Of a stretch of DNA of 64,000 nt, positions 54,941-64,000 are shown piece by piece. Location of the stretch: assembly GCA_965203295.1 (NCBI GenBank), contig CBDBCZ010000017.1, positions 640,001 through 704,000 on the forward strand, in the 5' to 3' direction. The translations under genes and the position numbers were made by a program. The notes beneath the pieces are model-generated. The model had not been told where the DNA came from. It did no database searches and saw only the letters and a list, made by a program, of their open reading frames with translations. Origin of the DNA: Nitrospirales bacterium. Its GTDB lineage: Bacteria; Nitrospirota; Nitrospiria; Nitrospirales; UBA8639. How positions within the stretch are numbered: the stretch's first letter is position 1; every line of letters starts with the position of its first letter.

Positions 54941-57900
54941 TCAAATGCTTGTCTCGTCTTCTTCTTCTTCCAGAAATGATTCTCTGTATCGACTGTAGTC
55001 TGTCTGTAGCTCAACTGACAAACCATAATCGCTTTCGTTTTCATCTAGAGAAACAGTGGAAACAGTGGGAAGTGGATTCGTAACTGAGATCGCTGTTTTG
55101 CGTGTTGTTTCAGTCCTCTCCTTAGTTTTGTAACTGGCATCCTTCAGAGCAGCCATTAGAGTAGACTGCACCATTGACGGCATCTTTGGAAGAACTTTCA
55201 TGCAGAATTTCCTTACGAGACCGAGCCTTGTGAGAATGAAACCGAGAAAAATGAAGGCTGCAACGATGATCGCAGAGACTTGACAGAATTCTACAAATTT
55301 GAAGTGGAGGTGTTCAAGCCGCTGAATTTCGCTCTGGTTCGATATTCTCAGGATATTGAAATACAAGGCAGTGGAAAGTAGGTATATCAGATCAAGTAAG
55401 AATACGACATCGAGTATATTCCTGAGCCATCCTTTGTAAGGCCTGAGAAAAGCCTGCAGGATTGTAAAAGTGACGAGAAAAATGATCACGAGAAAGAGGC
55501 TGTAGTCTGGCAGAGTGACGGAACTGGTGCTGGGAAGCTGCTGAAAACAGTAAATCATGAGGACTAGGCCACGCATTAGCAGCTGGACGCCGATCCAGAA
55601 TCGCAGATGACCGACGAAAGGGTTTTGAAAAGCGTCGAAGAACGGCCACCACTTCTGCAGCCACTTGTTGATCCGTTTCACCTTCCGTAACGGCTTGTGG
55701 AATAGCAACAGTAACACTTCCGGTAGAACGATGAAAAAGAAGAGAAGGAAGCCAATAGCAACAAAAACACCGTGACCTCCGCTTCCATATCGGACTGACG
55801 GATCAAGGAGCCACAAATACTCTTCAGTTTCCGTATCGTGACCTCTATACGTGAGTACTGCAAACGCCACTATGCGTGTCACAGACTGAAAGATCGTAGT
55901 AAACGAAAGAAACAAAACGGTTGCAATGGCTCGCACTGGCTTGAGTGATTCAAGTTTCAAGACTCTCCCAGGACAGAATTTGGCTGCGAAAGCTATGATA
56001 CTGATGATTAGAAGTAGGTAAAATGGGTAGGCAAGCTTAATCGCGGTGTAAGCCAGTTCTGTCATTCCATCGTAGAAGCAAGTTTCGAAACCGATGTCTA
56101 AATTCAAGAACGAGATTAAAACAAAAGCTACATTGTTGTAGCGTATTACATTTTGTGGATATATGCGTTCGGAGAAGATCGAGACAACATTGGCATAGAA
56201 GATGGGTCCGTTTAAGTATCCAGAACTGATGAATATCTGAAAGCCGAATATCAGCATCACTGTTACAATTCCTGAAAAGAAGTAGAGAAACAGGTACCAC
56301 AGTGTGTAGTTGTGGCATATTAGGCACGCCGTAGATCCCAGTACTCGACTGTACCCTTCCCTGCATCTGCCACAGAGAGCTCCGGTACGATTGAAATTGC
56401 ACTGCTCTAAACTATCTGACAGGTTGTTAATTAACACAACGCTCTCATTGCAATAGTCGAAGATACAGAGACTAGTAGTGTAGAGAATCTCATTTTGGTT
56501 TTCGGTATCCTCTCTAAATCCTATCCACCGTTCTTGACCGTACGAAATCGTTCCGTTTGGATTACACCGAATGCTTGGGTGTAAGCTCAGCAGTAATTCG
56601 TCGCAGACGCATGCATGAAGAGTTTCGTTATAAACAAACCCGACTTGGCAGTCCCTAAACGTGAGACTAAAGTTACCTGACGGCTGGAACGAGACAATCG
56701 GGAGGAACTGAAATGCAACGACATCTCCAGGATTTCCAAGAAACTCGAATAATAATTCGTCATCTTCGTTGTCGATGAAAGCCACTACGTCGCCATCAAT
56801 CGAGAACTCTTTGGTGTCCCCGGTCTCCATGAACCTAAGAGTCGTCAGCAAAGGCACTCCCTGGCCGTAGAAATCAGTTGCCGTTACTTTAGCCGTCCAC
56901 TGCTGACCGGGCATTACTTGCTGTGGTAGTGGAGTCGAGGGATTGAAATCCACGTCTGTTGCGACCGAAGTAATCGTGTTACGACTCTCAGGATCTGTGA
57001 TGTTCACACTGAAGTGAAGGATGTCGCTCAGCTCACTCTCAAAGTAGTTTAGAATCTCAGTCCCGTTCTGATCTGGCAGAATATACGGACAAACCCGAAA
57101 TGTCGCTCCAAAAATTTCGTTCCCAACCATTCCAGCACTGTTGTTTATAAACTCCATTCTGAACGGAGGTGTGTTTTCACTGTCACTAGATAGCGTGTAG
57201 CAAGGCTGCTCGGGACAGGCTTGAAATCTACTGAAGTGCAGAAAACAGCGACCAAACTCTGTCAAAGGCCAAGGCGCTCTAGCGGTGACAAAAATGGCCC
57301 CTCCCCTCCAGATGGCTTCATTGTTGGCAAACTGTACCGTGGCCCCTTCTCTGACGATGAAGAAAGAAGTGTCACGAAAGTCTAAGGCCCCGCTGCTTAT
57401 CACCTGGGTTCCCTCGGCCCTAAAGGTGTCATTGATGTTCATGATGCTTCTGGTTGCTCCAATACAGCTCATCTTGTTGTCGAGGAAGCTCGTGTTGCCG
57501 TAAAAGGTCACTTCGACGGCGTCAAGGCTGACTACGGCTGCATTCAGTTGTTGGGTGTTCTCCACTTCGAGTCTGTTCTTTACGAAACGACAGCTTCTCA
57601 AATCAACTTCAAATCCGAATTTCCTTTGGGCTCCATGGTATTTCCCTTCCCATATGGCCAGTGCACTTCCCGTCGTTCCCCGATTCTGCGTCCAGGTACA
57701 GTTTTCGAACGAGACGCGTTTGACGCTTTTCAGTCGAGTAAGGAAAGTAGGTATCGAGAGAATGGCCGTGCCTCCACCCCAATTCGCATTGCACTCCCGA
57801 AACACAGTATTCTTCACGGTAATCAACTGATTGGTAGGCATCGCATTACCACTTAGGTCCATCATATCAATGTTAGTGGGGTAACCGTAACCGATTAGCA

Positions 57901-58978
57901 ATCCACCCCCGCTTTCGCTACCCTGGCATTTCTTAAAGACTACATTGTCTAGCGTGACAGAGACACTCGTCCCCAGAGGCTCTTGAAACAGGACGAGCAG
58001 GCACCCTCCCTCTGGATGGTGGAGATTGGTGAAATTAGAATGGGTGATCGTAACTTCGTGAGACTCTTTGTACTGCTGCGAGAATATCAGGGATAACCCC
58101 GCTGCCCCATCCAGGGGGTAAGTAGAGCTGCTGCTCCATATATTTCGGAAGTCGGTGATCTCGAAGAAGTCATCTGCCAGAATGTACCTGTTCACCTTGG
58201 AACTGGAAGAGCTGTTGCTAAAGTTACAGTTCTCAATTCTCAGTGTATTTCCGTCCGATGTATTCAAGCCGGGTGTGAGCGAGCCTCCAAAAAAGAACAT
58301 TGCCCCCCCAGCAGTGTCCTCGACAGAGGGTAAGGTATGTGCCGATCCCGAATTGTTGGAAAACTTGACGTTTTTCAGTAAGGAGGACCCGAATACGTTG
58401 AAGACGGTGAGTCCCACTCCTACAGTGTCCCTGATACAAACGTTCTCAAGTGTGAGGCCATCGCAGTGAGCTATTACCACGGCCCGAGCAACGTTCGGAA
58501 GCAGTTCGTAGGTGGTGTTCAGCACTACATACTCCTGAACTACTTGAGACACTCTGGCCAGGCGCTCGCCCGTGAGGCCACAGCCCGTAATTGTCACGTT
58601 CTCAATGATGAGATTTCGACTGTTCACAAACGCCAAGCCTACATCTGGCGTGCAAGTTATTCTCACGTCCTCGGCAGCTCCCTGGCCACTGATTGAAACG
58701 TATGACAGCGACTCCAGGAGAAGGGCTGTTGAAATCTGGTGCACTCCAGGCAGAAGGGCTAGTTTGGTGATATTGCCATTTTCGTTGAGGTTCAAAAGAG
58801 CATCGTCCATTTGTGTTACTGTTTGCACTTGAATTTTATCGACTTCCAATCCAGTGCAAGCACCCGCTGCACTACTTGTATTTTCGGGCTCACTTGGTAT
58901 GACACAAATGACATTTTGACCGTTGGTTGTTTTCACAACCGAAAGAAGCAGAAGAAATATACAAAGTCTAGATATCAT
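54941..58978 (-). CDS. Intronless-CDS protein (~1345 aa): signal peptide, right-handed beta-helix (pectin-lyase/Pmp-like) ectodomain, Cys-rich stalk, ~8-9 TM helices
   Basis: Likely start MISRLCIFLLLLSVVKTTNG just after an AG acceptor at 59001/59000. Repeated FxxN/GGA(I/M) motifs. Cys cluster CQVGF..CVC..C..CIFDYC..C.FNRTG.LCG.C.EG.S..LGS..C..C. Hydrophobic helices in the C-terminal ~400 aa. Confidence 0.88.
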   Translation of the reverse strand: MISRLCIFLLLLSVVKTTNGQNVICVIPSEPENTSSAAGACTGLEVDKIQVQTVTQMDDALLNLNENGNITKLALLPGVHQISTALLLESLSYVSISGQGAAEDVRITCTPDVGLAFVNSRNLIIENVTITGCGLTGERLARVSQVVQEYVVLNTTYELLPNVARAVVIAHCDGLTLENVCIRDTVGVGLTVFNVFGSSLLKNVKFSNNSGSAHTLPSVEDTAGGAMFFFGGSLTPGLNTSDGNTLRIENCNFSNSSSSSKVNRYILADDFFEITDFRNIWSSSSTYPLDGAAGLSLIFSQQYKESHEVTITHSNFTNLHHPEGGCLLVLFQEPLGTSVSVTLDNVVFKKCQGSESGGGLLIGYGYPTNIDMMDLSGNAMPTNQLITVKNTVFRECNANWGGGTAILSIPTFLTRLKSVKRVSFENCTWTQNRGTTGSALAIWEGKYHGAQRKFGFEVDLRSCRFVKNRLEVENTQQLNAAVVSLDAVEVTFYGNTSFLDNKMSCIGATRSIMNINDTFRAEGTQVISSGALDFRDTSFFIVREGATVQFANNEAIWRGGAIFVTARAPWPLTEFGRCFLHFSRFQACPEQPCYTLSSDSENTPPFRMEFINNSAGMVGNEIFGATFRVCPYILPDQNGTEILNYFESELSDILHFSVNITDPESRNTITSVATDVDFNPSTPLPQQVMPGQQWTAKVTATDFYGQGVPLLTTLRFMETGDTKEFSIDGDVVAFIDNEDDELLFEFLGNPGDVVAFQFLPIVSFQPSGNFSLTFRDCQVGFVYNETLHACVCDELLLSLHPSIRCNPNGTISYGQERWIGFREDTENQNEILYTTSLCIFDYCNESVVLINNLSDSLEQCNFNRTGALCGRCREGYSRVLGSTACLICHNYTLWYLFLYFFSGIVTVMLIFGFQIFISSGYLNGPIFYANVVSIFSERIYPQNVIRYNNVAFVLISFLNLDIGFETCFYDGMTELAYTAIKLAYPFYLLLIISIIAFAAKFCPGRVLKLESLKPVRAIATVLFLSFTTIFQSVTRIVAFAVLTYRGHDTETEEYLWLLDPSVRYGSGGHGVFVAIGFLLFFFIVLPEVLLLLFHKPLRKVKRINKWLQKWWPFFDAFQNPFVGHLRFWIGVQLLMRGLVLMIYCFQQLPSTSSVTLPDYSLFLVIIFLVTFTILQAFLRPYKGWLRNILDVVFLLDLIYLLSTALYFNILRISNQSEIQRLEHLHFKFVEFCQVSAIIVAAFIFLGFILTRLGLVRKFCMKVLPKMPSMVQSTLMAALKDASYKTKERTETTRKTAISVTNPLPTVSTVSLDENESDYGLSVELQTDYSRYRESFLEEEEDETSI

Positions 58979-59056
58979 ATCTGCGTGGATGGTATTTGTC
59001 TGCATTAAGAAATTAAAAAAAAAATTGATAAAATCCCCACAAAGGTATGGGAAAAT

Positions 59057-59166
59057 TAGCCTCGTACCCAGGCCTTCCCTCACAGCTTTTTTTGCAGCCG
59101 TGGCAAAAAGCGCTTTTTGCCTCGGCTGTGAAAAAAGCTGTGAGGGAAGGCCTGGGTACGAGGCTA
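59057..59166. mobile_element. TAGCCTCG..CGAGGCTA MITE with a 9-bp TSD
   Basis: Near-perfect palindrome flanked on both sides by TGGGAAAAT. Confidence 0.9.
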
Positions 59167-59329
59167 TGGGAAAATACCAGTTTGGTATACTAATAGTCCC
59201 ACTACAGTGTGGAAAAACAATTGTTAATATCAACAATCTATATAGCGGTTGTAGTGCTATTTGATCTGTTTATTTGGACAGCAGTTTCAGTTGACAATGT
59301 CTGTGCTAAGTACTGGAATGTACACACAC

Positions 59330-59719
59330 TAGGCTTGGGCAAATTATGCTGGCATAGCATTGAGAATAATGTGCATGGGAATAATAGGGCAGTTTTCAGG
59401 AATAACGCGAGTCTTGAACGGAAATATTCGAGTAGATCTCATCCACCACAAACTTTGCATGCATTTATGGTGTCTAGCAGTGGTTCTGATGGGAGAATGG
59501 CTGGTCTACAGCATGTTCTGCTTCAATAGTGATAAATAGCATCACTTGCCAGTCAACGGGGGAGGGGGGAAAGGTGTTATATGTATGAATATTTTTTTTC
59601 AATTTTAGTGGGAATAATGCGAGAATAATAGGCAGTCACTCGGAAATAATAGGGCAGTTTTGTAAAAATAGGGGAATAGAATTACAGGTAACTTTTTGAG
59701 CATGATCAGCCCAACCCTA
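59330..59719. mobile_element. hAT-type MITE, inverted relative of 47499-47903
   Basis: TAGGCTTGGG..CCCAACCCTA termini, 8-bp TSD ACACACAC, and internal homology to 47499-47903 in reverse. Confidence 0.85.
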
Positions 59720-60641
59720 ACACACACATGGTGCAGTGTCATACTTTCTATCACTAATTTGAGCTATGATGTCATTCTCTTAAGAGCTTATGAGCCGCTC
59801 ATAAGCTCCTGGATGTAGCAAGAGAAGTCTTCACGCTCATCTTACAGGTCTCCCAAAGGTTGACTAAGGCTCATTAACTTTGCATGATTGTGACTTTCAA
59901 AACTACCAAAAGTGTAAGTCACAGTCCATCAATTATTTATGCTTGAAATTCAAAGAATGTCACAGTTGGATAGTTTTAATCCAATAGCAAGGTTCTGGTC
60001 AGGTGATAGTGCGAAATGTGGGTGTATGTCACGTTTAATAGTACAAGAACTTCCTAAGTGGTTGTAGTGATAAATCTACAGTAAACATGATCATGAAACT
60101 GCAGTAAGGGAATTTATACTATTCTTGTCATATATAGAAGTACTCATGCACATAAACATACGGTGCACAATACATGCATGGCTCACTACAGCAACACCAC
60201 ACACGTGCACACCTTTAGAAGTGAATGTACAATAGTATTGTGGCTACTGGAATGCATATATGGCCACTGTGAGATGACAGCTATGTACACATAATATTAC
60301 TGGCTGCAATTTACTCTCTGCATGTTACGGCCAACCTGACCATACAAAAAGATGGATGTACCTATCAAACTTGCATCTATATATACATAGGTTGGTAATG
60401 CACAAGTGCTTAGTCACAGTTTCATTATCACTATAAAGACGATATTAGACTCGAGCTGTAATGGATAATCTGTCTACGCAGACTTCTGTATACTCCAGTA
60501 CTAGTGGACAGTCAGGACTAGACACTGCATGAATTATATAGTGCTGCTTGAAAACAGACTATAGGAAAAAATGCCTTGGATGTCCATACTATTACAAATC
60601 CAGGAATGATTTGTATAGGGACACAACTTTGATGACATGCA

Positions 60642-61150
60642 CTCACTAGTCTCGTTCCCAGGCTCTCACTAGTCTCGTTCCCAGGCTCTCACTAGTCTCG
60701 TTCCCAGGCTCTCACTAGTCTCATTCCCAGGCTCTCACTAGTCTCGTTCCCAGGCTCTCACTAGTCTCATTCCCAGGCTCTCACTAACCTCATTCCCAGG
60801 CTCTCACTAGTCTCGTTCCCAGGCTCTCACTAGTCTCGTTCCCAGGCTCTCACTAGTCTCATTCCCAGGCTCTCACTAGTCTCGTTCCCAGGCTCTCACT
60901 AGTCTCGTTCCCAGGCTCTCACTAGTCTCGTTCCCAGGCTCTCACTAGTCTCATTCCCAGGCTCTCACTAGTCTCGTTCCCATGCTCTCACTAGTCTCGT
61001 TCCCAGGCTCTCACTAGTCTCGTTCCCAGGCTCTCACTAGTCTCATTCCCAGGCTCTCACTAGTCTCATTCCCAGGCTCCACTCTGCAGCTTTTTCTTTC
61101 ACACTAGCTACAAGTGACAATGGCTGGTGTGGATGCTACGAACGAGGCTA
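60642..61150. repeat. 23-bp minisatellite (~19 copies) ending in a complete TAG..CTA MITE
   Basis: Unit ctcactagtctc(g/a)ttcccaggct. The last unit continues to ..gaacgaggcta at 61150. Confidence 0.9.
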
Positions 61151-61755
61151 TACGCATTCACAGTCAGGGCTAACCAACCCCTACCGACCCGCTGTTACAT
61201 ACCTTCCATACTCTTATTAGACAGACCATAAAAAGAGATAGCTAACTATCTCATCTTTGTTCTGTCACAAGTCTTGCACCCCTACCAAGCAGGACCCTAC
61301 CAAGCAGGACAGTATATACACCCTACGATGGACACTATAAAAGTACTAAAGATTTCTTGCTCTGCGTCAAGGGAAGCTGTAAGGAAACACAACAGAGGTT
61401 TGATAGGATCCTCAAGAAGACATGGCATGTTTCCCACATGCATGGCCTACAGAACGATGCCATGTCTTTTGCGATTCATCAAAATTCTGCTGCATGTGTT
61501 TATCTTCCATGCGGGTTTCCCTCGATACAGAGCAGGACAATATATACCACAGCATTATTCAATAAGCAAGAAAGCATGTTCACGAACACAAAATGAATCT
61601 AATTGACAGAATACAAGTTCTTTTGCACTTTTTGGTACAGTTATGACCCTTATTATTAGCTGCACTCAATGCTATGCAAATTCTACTTGTGGCCGAAGTA
61701 ACACTGAGGATTAAACTGCCCCGTATAATACCTCTTTAACTATGTAATCACTTAC

Positions 61756-62003
61756 CTCTTGTCATACTCAAAATCCTTGAGAGAATACTGCTGTACATGT
61801 ACGAAAAGAGTTTTAATTGCTTAGCGGATGCTGACGAGACTAGCTTCGGTATGGAATGCAGCCAATAGGCCTAAGTACCACAATGAGGGTGGGGCTAAGC
61901 CTGTATCCGGTCGATCGTGTCACTTGACAGCTTAGTAAATGCTCAGCAGCAACAGTAGAGTCTGACTGGATGCGTAGAAGAAGATTACATGTGCAGGAGG
62001 AAT
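61756..62003. promoter_or_regulatory. Putative bidirectional promoter with two non-coding first exons
   Basis: Outward-facing consensus donors (minus AG|GTAAGT at 61755; plus AT|GTAAGT at 62004) flank a CCAAT at ~61862 and a GC-box-like GGGTGGGGC at ~61887. Confidence 0.55.
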
Positions 62004-62724
62004 GTAAGTAAGCTTACGTTTTAGACGTTTTTAGCGGTGTGTGTTTGATATTCAATACCGATATTAGCTATTAGCTAAAATGCTATATGCAGTTAATTCC
62101 TGGTTGCATTCTAAAACCACTGAATTTGTGCAGCATAACTATTTCCTAGACTGAAGACAGGTCCTCTGATGTAGTATAGTTCCCAAAGGTTCCATTAGTT
62201 CTCTTTAAAATAGCTATAATGGTGTGTAGTCTTCAATTTATTTTACTGTTGGTATGTACACTGCTATTAAAGTGGCCCCCTTATTATTATATTACACGAA
62301 CACTAGATTCTAGCCAATCGTAACATGCCTCAGCATCACACTGCAATAAAAGCTGGAGTGAGGCTATAGTCAGGCTGAACTATTCATCTGCAGAGTTCCA
62401 TACATCCACTGAATTAAACTGATAGTAGAACCTTTGATTTACTACATACCTGTCTGTGAACAGTTAAGCTAGCTCTTCATTGACTTGCTTACTTCGCTGC
62501 AGCTATGTGTCACATTAAATACATAGCTTCTTGAATTCAGTTTCCCCACAGTCACTGCCAACTCATGTTACAAGTCGATAAGAATAGCTACCAAAACTGT
62601 TGCTCTTTATAAGAATGGAGCAGTGTTCCTAACGTAGTACTCACATGAACAGTTGGTCATGTGCCTACTATATACAGGCATGAAGTGTATGTTGCTATCA
62701 CAAAGTGTTCCTTTTATGCAGGAA

Positions 62725-64000
62725 ATGTGGTCATCGCTAATTATGTCTTTGCTGCTGACATTTCTGCTTCTAGCGTTGCTTTCTCCATCGGCTTTTTGCA
62801 GCAAAGTTTGTGTTGCCGCAAACGGAGCAAGCGATAGAAGCCCACTGAACGGTCTCTGTGATGGACAAATACTCGAAGGAATGAACGATGCAGTTCTGCT
62901 GATGAATCAAAACAACACCGAGCTATTCTTGCTTCCCGGTAACCACACACTGTCAGTGTTCACAATTGTGGAATCGGTTTCCAATATATCCATCGTGGGA
63001 CTCGGTACGAGGGAGACTGTCAGGCTCACTTGCGAGGATGGCGTTGGTCTTGCATTTGTGAATGTGAGAAACCTCGTCATTCACAAGATCACCATTACAA
63101 ACTGTGGCATAAGAAATGAGAATATCGTTGCTGTATCCCAGAGGGCCGAGGAGTATGTTCTGTTCAATCATACATATATTCTGCTGCCGTCAATTCGCCG
63201 TGCAGTGTTTGTAGCGGAATGCTATGATCTATCGCTCGAGAATGTTCGGATTCAGAACACAGTCGGAGTTGGACTTACAGCACTTAACATCCAAGGCGAC
63301 TCGCACATACAAAATGTGGAATTTTACAACAACTCTTACAATGATAATCTCACCTTCAAAGAAAGAGGCGACTTTGTGGCAGGCGGGGCAATGTTCTATT
63401 TCGGGAATTCGCTGAAGCGTGATAGCTATCCAGGCAGTTTCGAAACCAAACACAATCTTGTTATTGATTCCTGTCGATTCACGAGAAGCAAGTCTGCAGC
63501 TCAGGCCACCCGCCACATTCTGGTGGACGATTTCTTCGAGATAAGTGATTTCCGTGACACACTCAACGATACTTACCCACTAGACGGTGCTAGCGGACTT
63601 TCTCTCATTTTCAGCAGGAACCAAGGCGACTTTTATAATGTCGCAGTCAGTAATTCTCAGTTGGTGGAAAACATTCACCCAGACGGTGGATGCCTACTTA
63701 TCCTGTTCCAACAGTTAACCTCAAGTGTGTCAGTTTTGCTTGACTCGCTTTGGTTTGAAGACTGCAGAGGTAAACAAACCGGGGGTGGCTTATTAATAGG
63801 CTATGGCTACCCTACTAATTTTATGTCCCTAGAATCTGAGAATGTCATTTATCAGAGTGTCAGCGTTAGAAACTCAACGTTCTACAAGTGTAGGGGGAAC
63901 TTTGGAGGGGGGTCGGCTGTTTTGTCCGTACCGAATTTTCTTCGCCAGGGAATACAGATAAAGGGGATCGATTTCACAAACTGCACCTGGAGAGAAAATT
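62725..64000 (+). CDS. 5' part of a paralogue of the beta-helix multipass protein (open to the window end)
   Basis: After an AG acceptor at 62721: MWSSLIMSLLLTFLLLALLSPSAFCSKVCV..LLPGNH..VRLTCEDGVGLAFVN..TVGVGLT..AGGAMFYFG..ILVDDFFEISDFR..TYPLDGASGLSLIFS..GGGLLIGYGYPTN, collinear with the minus-strand protein. No stop codon was seen before 64000. Confidence 0.9.
   Translation, partial: MWSSLIMSLLLTFLLLALLSPSAFCSKVCVAANGASDRSPLNGLCDGQILEGMNDAVLLMNQNNTELFLLPGNHTLSVFTIVESVSNISIVGLGTRETVRLTCEDGVGLAFVNVRNLVIHKITITNCGIRNENIVAVSQRAEEYVLFNHTYILLPSIRRAVFVAECYDLSLENVRIQNTVGVGLTALNIQGDSHIQNVEFYNNSYNDNLTFKERGDFVAGGAMFYFGNSLKRDSYPGSFETKHNLVIDSCRFTRSKSAAQATRHILVDDFFEISDFRDTLNDTYPLDGASGLSLIFSRNQGDFYNVAVSNSQLVENIHPDGGCLLILFQQLTSSVSVLLDSLWFEDCRGKQTGGGLLIGYGYPTNFMSLESENVIYQSVSVRNSTFYKCRGNFGGGSAVLSVPNFLRQGIQIKGIDFTNCTWREN

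Noticed and set aside
54941..58978. Bacterial contamination or recent horizontal transfer
   Set aside because: It has splice signals for a 5' UTR intron, a poly(A) signal, a Cys-rich stalk, many NxS/T sites and a neighbouring paralogue. An ancient origin cannot be tested here.
58979..59236. First 86 codons of the 1431-aa ORF
   Set aside because: They read through a MITE and lie upstream of, or span, a splice acceptor. The signal peptide begins at 58978.
60642..61079. Possible CRISPR-like array
   Set aside because: The repeats are contiguous with no unique spacers, there are no cas genes, and the context is eukaryotic. The same applies to 12182-12408 and 48728-49788.
61274..61606. Short overlapping ORFs between the divergent paralogues
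   Set aside because: No recognisable domain or splice support; they fall in the predicted 5' UTR intron.

Overview
Intron-rich eukaryotic DNA. The compact introns, receptor families and MITE types suggest an early-branching animal, probably a demosponge (inference; species not determinable). All exon models were read by hand from GT-AG boundaries and reading-frame continuity. From left to right: (1) two frameshifted pseudo-exons of an unnamed extracellular domain. (2) A 12-exon minus-strand receptor (~992 aa) with a signal peptide, two copies of that domain, 8 Sushi/CCP exons, a TM helix and a tyrosine-motif tail. (3) An 18-exon minus-strand gene (~944 aa) with an FSIP2-like YNSLHDPH motif, a coiled coil and alternating EF-hand/WW modules. 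(4) Head-to-head with it, three tandem copies (period 9169 bp) of a 6xIg + 4xFN3 + TM receptor lacking a catalytic domain; the middle copy is a chimera of the outer two. (5) A complete 15-exon TTLL1. (6) Two divergently transcribed paralogues with uninterrupted coding regions encoding beta-helix proteins: the first is a complete multipass membrane protein, the second runs off the window and is missing from the ORF track. Introns hold many MITEs, a 1.36-kb foldback element and minisatellites, two of which appear to have grown from inverted-repeat termini.
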